The position numbers and the translations under genes were made by a program. A stretch of DNA of 13,156 nucleotides from Candidatus Methylomirabilia bacterium. Lineage in GTDB: Bacteria; Methylomirabilota; Methylomirabilia; Rokubacteriales; CSP1-6. The notes beneath the pieces are model-generated. The model ran no database searches and was not told the origin of the DNA. It saw nothing but the letters and a program-made list of their open reading frames with translations. This document shows positions 1 to 7,913 of this stretch, piece by piece. The stretch spans positions 1 through 13,156 of the forward strand of contig JBHIBG010000074.1 in assembly GCA_046758965.1 (NCBI GenBank), in the 5' to 3' direction. Positions within the stretch are counted from its first letter, which is position 1, and each line of letters starts with the position of its first letter.

Positions 1-2
1 TA

Positions 3-329
3 GAAGGCGCGGAGGCCCTTGAATTGACGCCCACGGCTGAGGTGCAGGCGATTCGGATTGTCCAGGAGGCGCTCAACAACGTCCGGAAGCATTCAGGGGC
101 CTGGGAGGCATGGGTCAAGGTGAGGAGCCGGAACGGCTGGCTCACCATCACTGTGGAGGACACCGGGAGGGGATTCGACCCGCAGCAGGTGAATAGAACC
201 AGGGATCAGGTGGGGCTGCAATCCATGCGCGAGCGGGCAGTGGTTGCGGGGGGGCAGCTCTCTATTGAATCGGCGCCGGGCAAGGGGACGATGGTGACCC
301 TCACGCTCCCGGTGGGGAAGGGGGAATAG
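3..329 (+). CDS. Sensor histidine kinase, C-terminal HATPase_c domain (NarX/UhpB/DegS-like); 5'-truncated by the window edge
   Basis: Frame is open from position 3 (EGAEALELTPTAEVQAIRIVQEALNNVRKHS...). It has an N-box QEALNNVRKH, G1 box EDTGRGFD and G2 region GLQSMRERA...GGQLSIESAPGKGT. TAG at 327-329, 4 nt before the response regulator. Confidence 0.93.
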   Translation, partial: EGAEALELTPTAEVQAIRIVQEALNNVRKHSGAWEAWVKVRSRNGWLTITVEDTGRGFDPQQVNRTRDQVGLQSMRERAVVAGGQLSIESAPGKGTMVTLTLPVGKGE

Positions 330-333
330 CTCC

Positions 334-993
334 ATGCCGGTCCGGGTCCTGTTGGTGGACGACCATCCCACATTTCGGGAAGGTCTCGCGGCTCTCTTGG
401 AGGCCCGGGGGGAGTTCCAGGTCGTTGGTCAAGCCAACAGCGGCGAAGAGGCGCAGTCCCTGGCTCGCAGCCGGCGCCCAGACCTGATCCTGATGGACGT
501 GCGGATGCCGGGGATCGGGGGGCTGGAGGCAACCCGGCGAATAAGAGCGGAACTCCCCGGCGTCCGGATCGTCATGCTGACGGTCTCCGACGATGAGGCG
601 GACCTGTTCGAGGCGGTTAAGTCCGGGGCCCAAGGCTACCTCCTGAAAAACATGACCTCCAGTGACGTGCTCGACCTCCTCAGGAGGGCTGCTGGCGGTG
701 AGGCAGCATTCACCCCGGCGCTGGCCTCCAAGGTACTGCTCGTCCTGGGCGACCCAGCGAAATTGGGGGCCTCGGAGAAGCTCTCGCAGCGCGAACACGA
801 TGTCCTCGAGCAGCTCGTGCAGGGCCAGAGCAACGCGGCCATTGCTCGGGCCCTCGGGTTGAGCGAGACCACGGTCCGCTTCCACCTGAGAAACATCCTT
901 TCGAAGCTCCATGCCCAGAGCCGCACAGAAGCTGCGGTCCAGGCCGTGAGCCGTGGTCTTGTGCCGCCCCCGCGGCCGTCGGAAGGCCACTAG
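334..993 (+). CDS. NarL/LuxR-family DNA-binding response regulator
   Basis: REC domain ([16 protein letters not shown] phospho-Asp, MLTVS, GYLLK) plus LuxR HTH ([43 protein letters not shown]). Confidence 0.96.
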   Translation: MPVRVLLVDDHPTFREGLAALLEARGEFQVVGQANSGEEAQSLARSRRPDLILMDVRMPGIGGLEATRRIRAELPGVRIVMLTVSDDEADLFEAVKSGAQGYLLKNMTSSDVLDLLRRAAGGEAAFTPALASKVLLVLGDPAKLGASEKLSQREHDVLEQLVQGQSNAAIARALGLSETTVRFHLRNILSKLHAQSRTEAAVQAVSRGLVPPPRPSEGH

Positions 994-1242
994 TCTCGAC
1001 GCCAATAGCCTCTCCGGCTCGCTAGGTCCTCTCCCGTCCAAATAGTCAGGTACGTTCTGTCCGTATCGTCTATTCGCCGCCTAGCGTCCCGGACGTTGCA
1101 TGTCTTCCTTCCCGAGGGTGACGATGGGATAGATAGGGGCGCCCATGAAGTCGCCGAAAGCGCACCTCAGTATCGCGTGTGTCATCGCATTTGGCGTCCT
1201 CGTGGTCATCCCCACTTAAACTTAGCGCGGGGGGGAACCAGC

Positions 1243-1935
1243 ATGAGAATCAGCCGATGGGTCATGCTCGCGATCCCGGCCTTGGCAACCGTAGGGAGTC
1301 TCACCCTCTACGCCGGACAGGGTGAGAGGCCTGAGCCCGGCGTGAAAGCGGCGGAAGCCCAACAGATGCGGATGGGAGGCATGGGACACGAGGGGCGGAA
1401 GCACATGGAGATGTCGTCAGCAGCGCAGGACAAGATGGGTCACGGCCAGATGCCGATGGGCCAAATGGATGGGGCGCAAGGGCCGATTCACATCACGAGA
1501 GAACAGCTCCACGAATCCGGCGGAGTCCCGCCGGGGTGGTACTTCCGACTCCCCGTCGGAGACGTTGAGGCGGGCCGGGAGGTGTTCATCGCCATGAAAT
1601 GTTTCACCTGCCATGGCGTCGAGGGGGAGAAATTCCCTGCCTACAAACGGGATGTGGGTGACGTCGGCCCGGACCTGACCGGCATGGGGCCGATGCACCC
1701 ACCTGAGTACTTGGCCGAGGCCGTCCTCCATCCAAGCGCCGTCGTCATCACCGGCGACGGGTTCGCCGGGCCCGATGGCCTGTCCAAGATGCCGGACTAT
1801 CTCGACACCCTCTCGCTGGGCGAGTGGGTCGACCTCACGGCATACCTGAGGAGCCTGAAACCGAAAGCCGGCACGAGTCATGGCGGCGGAGGGATGCACA
1901 AAGAAGTAAGCCGAGTCCATCCGGCGCCGCGATGA
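1243..1935 (+). CDS. Exported monoheme c-type cytochrome with Met/His-rich N-terminal linker
   Basis: ATG 1243 follows a G-rich SD. Signal-peptide-like start MRISRWVMLAIPALATVGSLTLYA; GDVEAGREVF..CFTCH heme motif at 1600-1614; GPDLT; candidate distal Met in SKMP. The ORF-track start at 1096 is probably too far upstream. Confidence 0.88.
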   Translation: MRISRWVMLAIPALATVGSLTLYAGQGERPEPGVKAAEAQQMRMGGMGHEGRKHMEMSSAAQDKMGHGQMPMGQMDGAQGPIHITREQLHESGGVPPGWYFRLPVGDVEAGREVFIAMKCFTCHGVEGEKFPAYKRDVGDVGPDLTGMGPMHPPEYLAEAVLHPSAVVITGDGFAGPDGLSKMPDYLDTLSLGEWVDLTAYLRSLKPKAGTSHGGGGMHKEVSRVHPAPR

Positions 1936-2056
1936 AGTGCGGCCGGAGGCGGAGAAGCCTCTGACGCATGGGTAGGGTCTCGGGGGATTCGTGGAGGCCG
2001 ACGGCGAGTTTCTCCCAGTGCGGATGGGGGACTTCCGGTCAGAAGGACAAGCGGCA

Positions 2057-2833
2057 ATGAGGGCATGGTTGGTGACTCTGGCGCTGGCCCTGGCAGGGGC
2101 AATCCCCGGCTTGGCCCTGGGTTATGAGGTCGTCGAGGTCAAGGACGGAGGCACCCTGACGGGGAGCGTGAAGTTCGTGGGCGCCCCGCCCAAGCTAGAG
2201 CCTATCCCGGTGAAAAAGAACCAGGACCTCTGCGGGAGCTCTGTGCCCTCTGAGGCCCTGGTCCTGGGGGCCAACAAGGGGGTCAGGTACACCGTGGTCT
2301 GGATCGAGGGGGTTGCCAAAGGGAAGAAGATCGAAAAGAAGAACGTGGTCCTGGACAACGCCAAGTGCCTCTTTGCCCCTCACGTGCTCGCGGTAACCAC
2401 GTCTACAAAGACCAGGGTCAAGAACTCGGATCCTGTCCTTCACAATACCCACGGGTTCCTGGCGAGGAGAACGGTCTTCAACCTGGCCCTCCCCATCGAG
2501 AACCAGGTCATCGACATCACCCGCCGGATCAGGAAACTGAGGCGGATCAAGAAACTCGGGGTCGTGGACATCCAGTGCGATGCCCACACCCACATGCGGG
2601 CCTGGATGGTGGTCCGCCCGGATCCTTACTTCGCCGTCACGGGCGAGAGTGGGAACTTCAAGATCGTCGATATCCCGCCGGGGACGTACAAGGTGGTGGC
2701 GTGGCATGAGTCCTGGGAGGTGAAAGGGTCGGACAAGGATGGTCGTCCCATCTACGGAGAGCCCGTTCTGGTCACCAAGGTGGTCACCATCCCTGCCAGA
2801 GGTGAGGTCAAAGCCGTTTTCGAATTCGAGTAA
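2057..2833 (+). CDS. Exported cupredoxin-like / carboxypeptidase-regulatory-like-domain protein with putative type-1 copper site
   Basis: ATG 2057 follows AGAAGGA. Signal peptide MRAWLVTLALALAGAIPGLALG; His in NSDPVLHNTH and C-x2-H-x2-M in QCDAHTHM (2576-2596); C-terminal beta-sandwich segment (YFAVTGESGNFKIVDIPPGTYKVVAWHE). Confidence 0.8.
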   Translation: MRAWLVTLALALAGAIPGLALGYEVVEVKDGGTLTGSVKFVGAPPKLEPIPVKKNQDLCGSSVPSEALVLGANKGVRYTVVWIEGVAKGKKIEKKNVVLDNAKCLFAPHVLAVTTSTKTRVKNSDPVLHNTHGFLARRTVFNLALPIENQVIDITRRIRKLRRIKKLGVVDIQCDAHTHMRAWMVVRPDPYFAVTGESGNFKIVDIPPGTYKVVAWHESWEVKGSDKDGRPIYGEPVLVTKVVTIPARGEVKAVFEFE

Positions 2834-2981
2834 TCCTTGATACACGTGATTCTCGAAGCGCTCCTCCAGCGCGCGGACTTGGCGCCGCCGGAGCGTGATC
2901 GCTCCGGTCGTCAAGCTGAGGCGCCGGGGCCTGCTGTGGCCTTTCGGTAGCCTTCGGCCTGCGACGAGGGAGGGTGCCGCC

Positions 2982-3656
2982 ATGAGAGACGCGGTCGGGA
3001 GAGTTTTCAGAGCGATCGCCAAAAGCGGATGCCTTCAAATGTTCCGGGGCCTCGCCCCAGACGAGCTCCAGGCGTTTCGGGGCCGCGACCGCTCCGCCGC
3101 CACTCCTAACCTGCCATTAGTGGTAATCCCGAGCCACCAGCAGCCAGTGACGAACTGGTGGCATACCTCGATCACGATCGCCGCAGCGATCATCCTCGTC
3201 GTGGTCGCGAGCGCGGTAGGCGCGGACAGTCATACGCTCGGCCCCGTGGCAAACCGCGATGCCCCATGGGCGGTCCACATCCGGAGGGTGGACGAAGCGC
3301 TGGCACAGAAGGACGTCAGTGCTGCCATGCGAGCGTGGCACCACGCCTACATCGCGACGAAGAGAAGCCGGCGCTGGCAAGGCCTAGTCGAGGTCGGCGA
3401 CGCGTATCTGCGGATTGGCAGGGTTTCCAGTTTCCGCAAGGCTTCCGAGAGCCGAGCGAGACAGCTCTACCTGAAGGCGCTCTCCCTCGCGGCTAATCAG
3501 AGGTCATTCGCCGGCGTGCGCCGCGCGGCCGAGGCCTTCGCCGCGCTGGGCGACGGCGATGCGGTCGACGAGTGCGTTCGCATCGCGGAACGCCTGGCCG
3601 CGCAAGCTCCCGACCGTATGCCCTTAGCCAAAGAGCCATTGGACGCCCTTTGTTGA
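2982..3656 (+). CDS. Hypothetical protein with one hydrophobic helix and a helical (TPR-like) C-terminal domain
   Basis: ATG 2982 follows GAGGGAGGG. Hydrophobic segment ITIAAAIILVVVASAVGA is followed by an Ala-rich helical domain (PWAVHIRRVDEALAQKDVSAAMRAWHHAY...GLVEVGDAYLRIG). Start is uncertain (2895 is possible). Confidence 0.7.
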   Translation: MRDAVGRVFRAIAKSGCLQMFRGLAPDELQAFRGRDRSAATPNLPLVVIPSHQQPVTNWWHTSITIAAAIILVVVASAVGADSHTLGPVANRDAPWAVHIRRVDEALAQKDVSAAMRAWHHAYIATKRSRRWQGLVEVGDAYLRIGRVSSFRKASESRARQLYLKALSLAANQRSFAGVRRAAEAFAALGDGDAVDECVRIAERLAAQAPDRMPLAKEPLDALC

Positions 3657-3778
3657 TGGCGAAGCGCTGCCGCGGCAGCTAGTTCGTTGTTCGTTCGTTG
3701 TTCGGATCCTGTATGGCCCCCTGACTGTCACCAACCGCTCCCTTACTGACAAATCTGGAGAGCGTCATGGGGGTTAAG

Positions 3779-3821
3779 GACCGCCGGTGCGGGTGCGTAC
3801 ACGGTCGCACCCGAGGTGGTC
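3779..3821. terminator. GC-rich stem-loop between convergent genes, possible bidirectional terminator or stabiliser
   Basis: Perfect 8-bp inner stem CGGGTGCG (3790-3797) / CGCACCCG (3806-3813) and outer stem GACCGCC / GGTGGTC. No clear U-tract. Confidence 0.4.
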
Positions 3822-3864
3822 AGTAGGTCTGGCTCCTCGAGACCGAACGGAATGATCAAGGTGC

Positions 3865-4434
3865 TCAGTGAATCTCGGGGGAACCGACGCGGATCACCGT
3901 CATGATCAGAGGGACGTCGCCAATGCTTCGCAGAGTGTGGCGCCAGTTGGTGGGAACCGTGAACCAGGATCCCGCCGGCACGACCCGGGGTGGAAGCTCC
4001 CCGCCCTCGTCGATCAGAAGGCCCAATCCCTCCTCGATATAGCAGATCTCGGTGGTCTGCATGATCCCCACGTCCCCTCCGGGCAGGATCCGAGCCTTTC
4101 TGACCGAGAACATCACCCCATTGCCGAACTCCACTTTGGCGATGAGCTTGCCATAGAAATCCTTGCCCATCCCGAGGTCGGCAAACGCGAGCCCCTCATC
4201 GGGAACGACCACCGAGGTTTCGAACGTGGTGATGAGCAGGTCGGGCGTCGGGAGTCCCGGACCCGCCATCCCTTGCATTCCCTTCATTCCCCTCATCCGC
4301 ATCTGCTTCATTTCCTTTTGCATCATTTTGGGCTTGCCCATCCCCTTCATCTCCTGGGCGAACAGAGGAGTGAGCGGCCAGACCCCGATCATGACAACTG
4401 TCAGAATCCCGGTAAGCCATCGCACCTGACGCAT
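3865..4434 (-). CDS. Exported cupin-fold protein with Met-rich N-terminal tail (putative metal chaperone or buffer)
   Basis: AGGAGG SD (4441-4446) precedes ATG 4434. Signal peptide ends PLFA-QE, then 10 Met in about 30 residues. Cupin motif 1 is PGGDVGIMQTTEICYIEEG and motif 2 is AGSWFTVPTNWRHTLRS. It lies 26 nt after the ATPase stop. Confidence 0.8.
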   Translation of the reverse strand: MRQVRWLTGILTVVMIGVWPLTPLFAQEMKGMGKPKMMQKEMKQMRMRGMKGMQGMAGPGLPTPDLLITTFETSVVVPDEGLAFADLGMGKDFYGKLIAKVEFGNGVMFSVRKARILPGGDVGIMQTTEICYIEEGLGLLIDEGGELPPRVVPAGSWFTVPTNWRHTLRSIGDVPLIMTVIRVGSPEIH

Positions 4435-4460
4435 GTCAACCCTCCTGTCTCTTACCTTTC

Positions 4461-6866
4461 TCACTTCTCGCCTACGACGTGGCCGATGCTCGTGATCGCC
4501 TCTTCGATGACTGTCAGCTCGCCCTCGCCATCTCGCATCGTCACCACCACTTGCTTGGTGTGTGGATCCCCCTCGACCGACACCACGCTCGGGAGCTTGA
4601 CGAGCGTCTCCTGGATCTTTGTCACGCACCCCTGGCAATGGATGCTCGGGACGGTGAGGGTCACCCGCTGGGGCTCGAGAGCCCGCCGGCTCACCCGAGG
4701 AACGAGGCGGCCCCAGAAAGAGTTCAGCAGCACCGTCGTCACGCTGGCGGCCATGGCTACCATGGCCCAGACCGGCGCCACCAGGCCGGTCGTGGCCAGG
4801 GGAACTCCCACCCCGTTGAAGGAGAACGCCAAAGCGAGGTTCTGGACGGTCTTCCGGTACGTGCGGCGCGCAATGTGGTAGGCGTCCACCACTGCCGACA
4901 GCCGCTCGCCCACCAGCACGACGTCAGCCGACTCGATGGCGATGTCCGTGCCGGCGCCGATCGCCAGCCCCACGTCGGCCTGCATGAGGGCTGGCGCGTC
5001 GTTAATGCCGTCTCCCACCATGGCCACGTGCTTGCCCTGGCGCTGGAGGGCGCGCACCCGCTCGGCCTTCTCCTGAGGGAGGACCTGGGCCAGCACCTCC
5101 CGGATCCCGACCTGCCTGGCCACGGCACGGGCAGTCAGCTCATTGTCTCCCGTGATCATCACCGGCTCGATCCCGGCAGCCCGGAGCCGCGCGATAGCGT
5201 TCGCGGCATCCTCCTTCACAGTGTCGGCTAGCGTGATGAGGCCGACGGCCCGCCCTTCCGTCGCCACAGCGATGACAGTCTGGGCCTCGGCCTCATGCTG
5301 CTCAGCCAGCGGGGCGAGCGCGCCGGTCTCGATCCCGGACTCGTCGAGGAAGCGGAGAGTCCCAACCAGCACGGCCTTGCCGGCGACCGTGGCGCGCACC
5401 CCCTTGCCGGGGACCGCTTCGAAGGTCTCAGCCCGATCGAGCCGAAGAGCCTTCGCCGCCTTGACTACCGCCTGCCCGAGCGGGTGCTCGGAGACCTGCT
5501 CAGCCGACGCGGCGAGGCTCAGGAGTCGGTCGGTCTCCCAGCCCTCGGCCGGGATCACCTCCACTACCCGCGGCTCACCGTGGGTGATTGTCCCAGTCTT
5601 GTCCAGGACCGCCACGGAGACGTCCCTGAAGGCCTGAAAGGAGGCCGCGCTCCGCATCAGGATCCCCTGCCGGGCTGCCTCGCCCCCCCCGCGAATCATC
5701 GCTAGCGGCGAGGCCATGCCCAGAGCGCAGGGGTAGCCCATCACGAGGACCGCCAGGGCCGCGAACCCGGCGCGGTCCCAGTCGACGGCCCCCCAGAGGA
5801 GCCAGGCGCCCAACGTCCAGAAGATAAAGGCCGCGACACTGACCGTCAGGACTCCCGGGACAAACACCTTGAGGATACGGTCCAGAAGCAGCAGGATCCC
5901 GGGCTTGAGGGCGCGGGCTTCCTGGATGTGCCGGGCCACCTGCTGGAGGAAGCTCTCCTCGCCCACTCGGCTCACCCTGACGAGGAGCGTGCCGGAGTGG
6001 TTGAGCGATCCTCCGATGACCTCGTGCCCCGGAAGCTTCTCCCGCGGGATCGACTCGCCGGTCACCAGGCTCTCATCCACGGCCGAGGCCCCCTCAGCCA
6101 CGATCCCGTCCACCGGGATCTGCTCGCCCGGCCGGACCCGGACCAGGTCGCCCGTTTTGATCTCCTCGATCACAAGCTCCACCTCGCTCCCGTCTCTTAC
6201 CACTCGGGCTGTCGCGGGTTGAAGCGACAGGAGCTTCTTCACCGCCTGGGAGGCGCGGGTCCTGACCAAGAGCGAGGTGTACGCCCCGAGGATGTGGTAC
6301 GCGGTCACGAATACCGTCACGCCGAAGAACTCAACCGGCCGGAACTCGGGCCGGAACAGCCCGATAACCCCCCCGACGAGCCCGCCGAAGGCCGCGACCT
6401 CCATGAGGACATGCTGGTTCAGGATCCGCCGCCGGGCGGAGGCCCAGGCCATCTTGAGGATGTAGAGCGCAGGCCAGAAGATGGTTACGGCGAGAGCCGC
6501 CATCACCCAGGGGGCCCAGGGCTGTGGCCGGCCAAGCCACATGAGAAGCATAGGTACGAGGGCCACGCCGGTAAACGCTCCCGCAAGACCGAGGCGCCGA
6601 CGCTCCCGTCGGAGCTCGGCCTCCTCTTCCTCGAAGGTCCGGACCTTGCTCGGGTCCCTCACGGTGTAGCCGAGGCTCCTGATCGTGTCCGTGAGGGTCG
6701 TGGCGCTCACCCGTTGCGGGTGATAGACCACCAGTGTCTCCTCATGGGCGAGGCTCACGTTGACCTCGTCCACCCCGTCCATCCGGCCAACCCCCTTCTT
6801 GATCGTCTCCGTGCAGAAGGAGCAGGCCATCCCGCCGATCTTGACCTGAAGCTTCTCTCTCGACAT
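4461..6866 (-). CDS. Heavy-metal-translocating P1B-type ATPase (CopA-like) with N- and C-terminal HMA domains and a YPC transmembrane motif
   Basis: ATG 6866 lies 2 nt after the merR stop. N-terminal GMACSFC, TGES actuator, GYPCALG, DKTGT phosphorylation site, SEHP, TGDN, GDGINDAPAL, and C-terminal HMA SIHCQGC. Confidence 0.95.
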   Translation of the reverse strand: MSREKLQVKIGGMACSFCTETIKKGVGRMDGVDEVNVSLAHEETLVVYHPQRVSATTLTDTIRSLGYTVRDPSKVRTFEEEEAELRRERRRLGLAGAFTGVALVPMLLMWLGRPQPWAPWVMAALAVTIFWPALYILKMAWASARRRILNQHVLMEVAAFGGLVGGVIGLFRPEFRPVEFFGVTVFVTAYHILGAYTSLLVRTRASQAVKKLLSLQPATARVVRDGSEVELVIEEIKTGDLVRVRPGEQIPVDGIVAEGASAVDESLVTGESIPREKLPGHEVIGGSLNHSGTLLVRVSRVGEESFLQQVARHIQEARALKPGILLLLDRILKVFVPGVLTVSVAAFIFWTLGAWLLWGAVDWDRAGFAALAVLVMGYPCALGMASPLAMIRGGGEAARQGILMRSAASFQAFRDVSVAVLDKTGTITHGEPRVVEVIPAEGWETDRLLSLAASAEQVSEHPLGQAVVKAAKALRLDRAETFEAVPGKGVRATVAGKAVLVGTLRFLDESGIETGALAPLAEQHEAEAQTVIAVATEGRAVGLITLADTVKEDAANAIARLRAAGIEPVMITGDNELTARAVARQVGIREVLAQVLPQEKAERVRALQRQGKHVAMVGDGINDAPALMQADVGLAIGAGTDIAIESADVVLVGERLSAVVDAYHIARRTYRKTVQNLALAFSFNGVGVPLATTGLVAPVWAMVAMAASVTTVLLNSFWGRLVPRVSRRALEPQRVTLTVPSIHCQGCVTKIQETLVKLPSVVSVEGDPHTKQVVVTMRDGEGELTVIEEAITSIGHVVGEK

Positions 6867-6868
6867 CG

Positions 6869-7306
6869 TTAAGTCCTCCGAGACTTCCGCCCGCTCCGGC
6901 TCGCCGGCAATTCGATATGGGGGCAGACCGCAGCTTTCCCGCCCGACTGCCGCTCCCAGGCCGCGAGGCTCTGCCGAATACGCCCGCGAAGCATCGTGAG
7001 ATCCTTCAGCTTTCGGTCCAGCTCCGCGGCCTTGTCCCGCAAAAGCTGATAGACATGTCCGCACGGCGGCCGGCCGCCCTGGCGGATCGTCACGATCTCC
7101 CTGATCTCCGCTAAGGTGAGGCCCAGCCCCTGCGCCTGCTTGATGAACCGGAGCATGCCCACGGCCTCCCTGGGGTAGAGGCGGTAACCATTGGCCGCAC
7201 GTGCCGGCGGGGGGATGACCCCGGCGGCTTCATAGAACCGAATCGCCTTGGCGCTCAGTCCGGCCAGACCGGCCAGCTCGCTGATCTTGAGTCTTCCGTC
7301 CGACAT
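6869..7306 (-). CDS. MerR-family heavy-metal-responsive transcriptional regulator (A)
   Basis: AGGAGG SD precedes ATG 7306. LKISELA...AIRFYE...NGYRLY HTH; FIKQAQGLGLTLAEI; Cys in PPCGH and C-terminal VCPHIE. Confidence 0.93.
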   Translation of the reverse strand: MSDGRLKISELAGLAGLSAKAIRFYEAAGVIPPPARAANGYRLYPREAVGMLRFIKQAQGLGLTLAEIREIVTIRQGGRPPCGHVYQLLRDKAAELDRKLKDLTMLRGRIRQSLAAWERQSGGKAAVCPHIELPASRSGRKSRRT

Positions 7307-7322
7307 ATGCCCTCCTTGTCTC

Positions 7323-7354
7323 AGGGTAAACCTTCCAGCATAGTGGAATGTCAA
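7323..7354 (-). promoter_or_regulatory. MerR-type sigma-70 promoter with dyad operator driving merR(A)-ATPase-cupin
   Basis: On the minus strand: TTGACA - 20-bp spacer - TACCCT. Dyad ACATTCC-N8-GGAAGGT at 7330-7351. Confidence 0.85.
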
Positions 7355-7397
7355 ACGAAAAAAATACGGGGCGGTCTGGAGACCATCACCTTTCCGC

Positions 7398-7429
7398 TTG
7401 ACCCTCCTCCTGAGGGGAGGGTTTATCGT
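7398..7429 (+). promoter_or_regulatory. MerR-type sigma-70 promoter with dyad operator driving merR(B) and the Cys-rich peptide
   Basis: TTGACC - 20-bp spacer - TATCGT. Perfect dyad ACCCTCC-N8-GGAGGGT at 7401-7422. Confidence 0.85.
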
Positions 7430-7448
7430 GGGAGTGGGAGAGGCCGAC

Positions 7449-7913
7449 ATGGGCGGGTTGAAGATCGGGGAGCTGGCCGAGCTGGCGGGGTGCACGGTGA
7501 AGGCCGTCCGCTTCTACGAAGCGAGGGGGCTTCTTCCCACACCACCCCGGAGCCCCTCCGGGTACCGCCTCTACACGGAGCGAGCCCTCAAGCGTCTGCA
7601 GTTCATCCAGCGCGCCAAGGTGATCGGGCTCCCGCTGGCGAAGATCAAGGAGCTCGTCCTCCACCTGAGCGAAGAGGAATGCGCCTGCCCCGCGATGCGG
7701 CCTCACCTGGAGTCTCTGATCCACGGGCAGCTCAAAGACGTCGGGACAAAGCTCGATCAGCTGGCGCTTCTGAAAGAAGAGCTTGAGGGCCTCCTGGCAA
7801 AGTTGCGTCGAGCACGACGACCGCTTCCCGCGGAGCTCTGCGCGTGCGCCACGGGCCCCGAGCCGGCGGCCGCCCGCCTCCTGACGATCCGCCCGAGAGG
7901 AGGAGAGCGATGA
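7449..7913 (+). CDS. MerR-family transcriptional regulator (B) with two CAC motifs
   Basis: GGAGAGG SD precedes ATG 7449. LKIGELAELAGCTVKAVRFYE...SGYRLY HTH; EEECACP and ELCACA. Confidence 0.92.
   Translation: MGGLKIGELAELAGCTVKAVRFYEARGLLPTPPRSPSGYRLYTERALKRLQFIQRAKVIGLPLAKIKELVLHLSEEECACPAMRPHLESLIHGQLKDVGTKLDQLALLKEELEGLLAKLRRARRPLPAELCACATGPEPAAARLLTIRPRGGER

Noticed and set aside
994..1242. Loose TAG-containing repeats upstream of the cytochrome as possible response-regulator sites
   Set aside because: Spacing is irregular and no consensus can be defended.
3651..3704. Cys-TGA at the end of the 2982 ORF followed by hairpin GCTGC-CGCG-GCAGC, as a possible second Sec site
   Set aside because: The stem is only 5 bp, the read-through sequence runs into a simple repeat and is not protein-like, and the hairpin plus T-rich tract fits a weak terminator equally well.
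3682..3704. 11-bp tandem repeat (TTCGTTGTTCG x2), formally matching the GTTC-N7-GTTC LexA-type box
   Set aside because: It lies between convergent gene ends with no promoter to regulate. Two copies are not a CRISPR or meaningful array.
3868..6872. Long plus-strand ORFs (3868..4881, 4479..5231, 5928..6872) and similar antisense ORFs elsewhere (301..1041, 11547..12584)
   Set aside because: These are shadow frames opposite well-supported genes, expected in high-GC DNA, and they carry no motifs.
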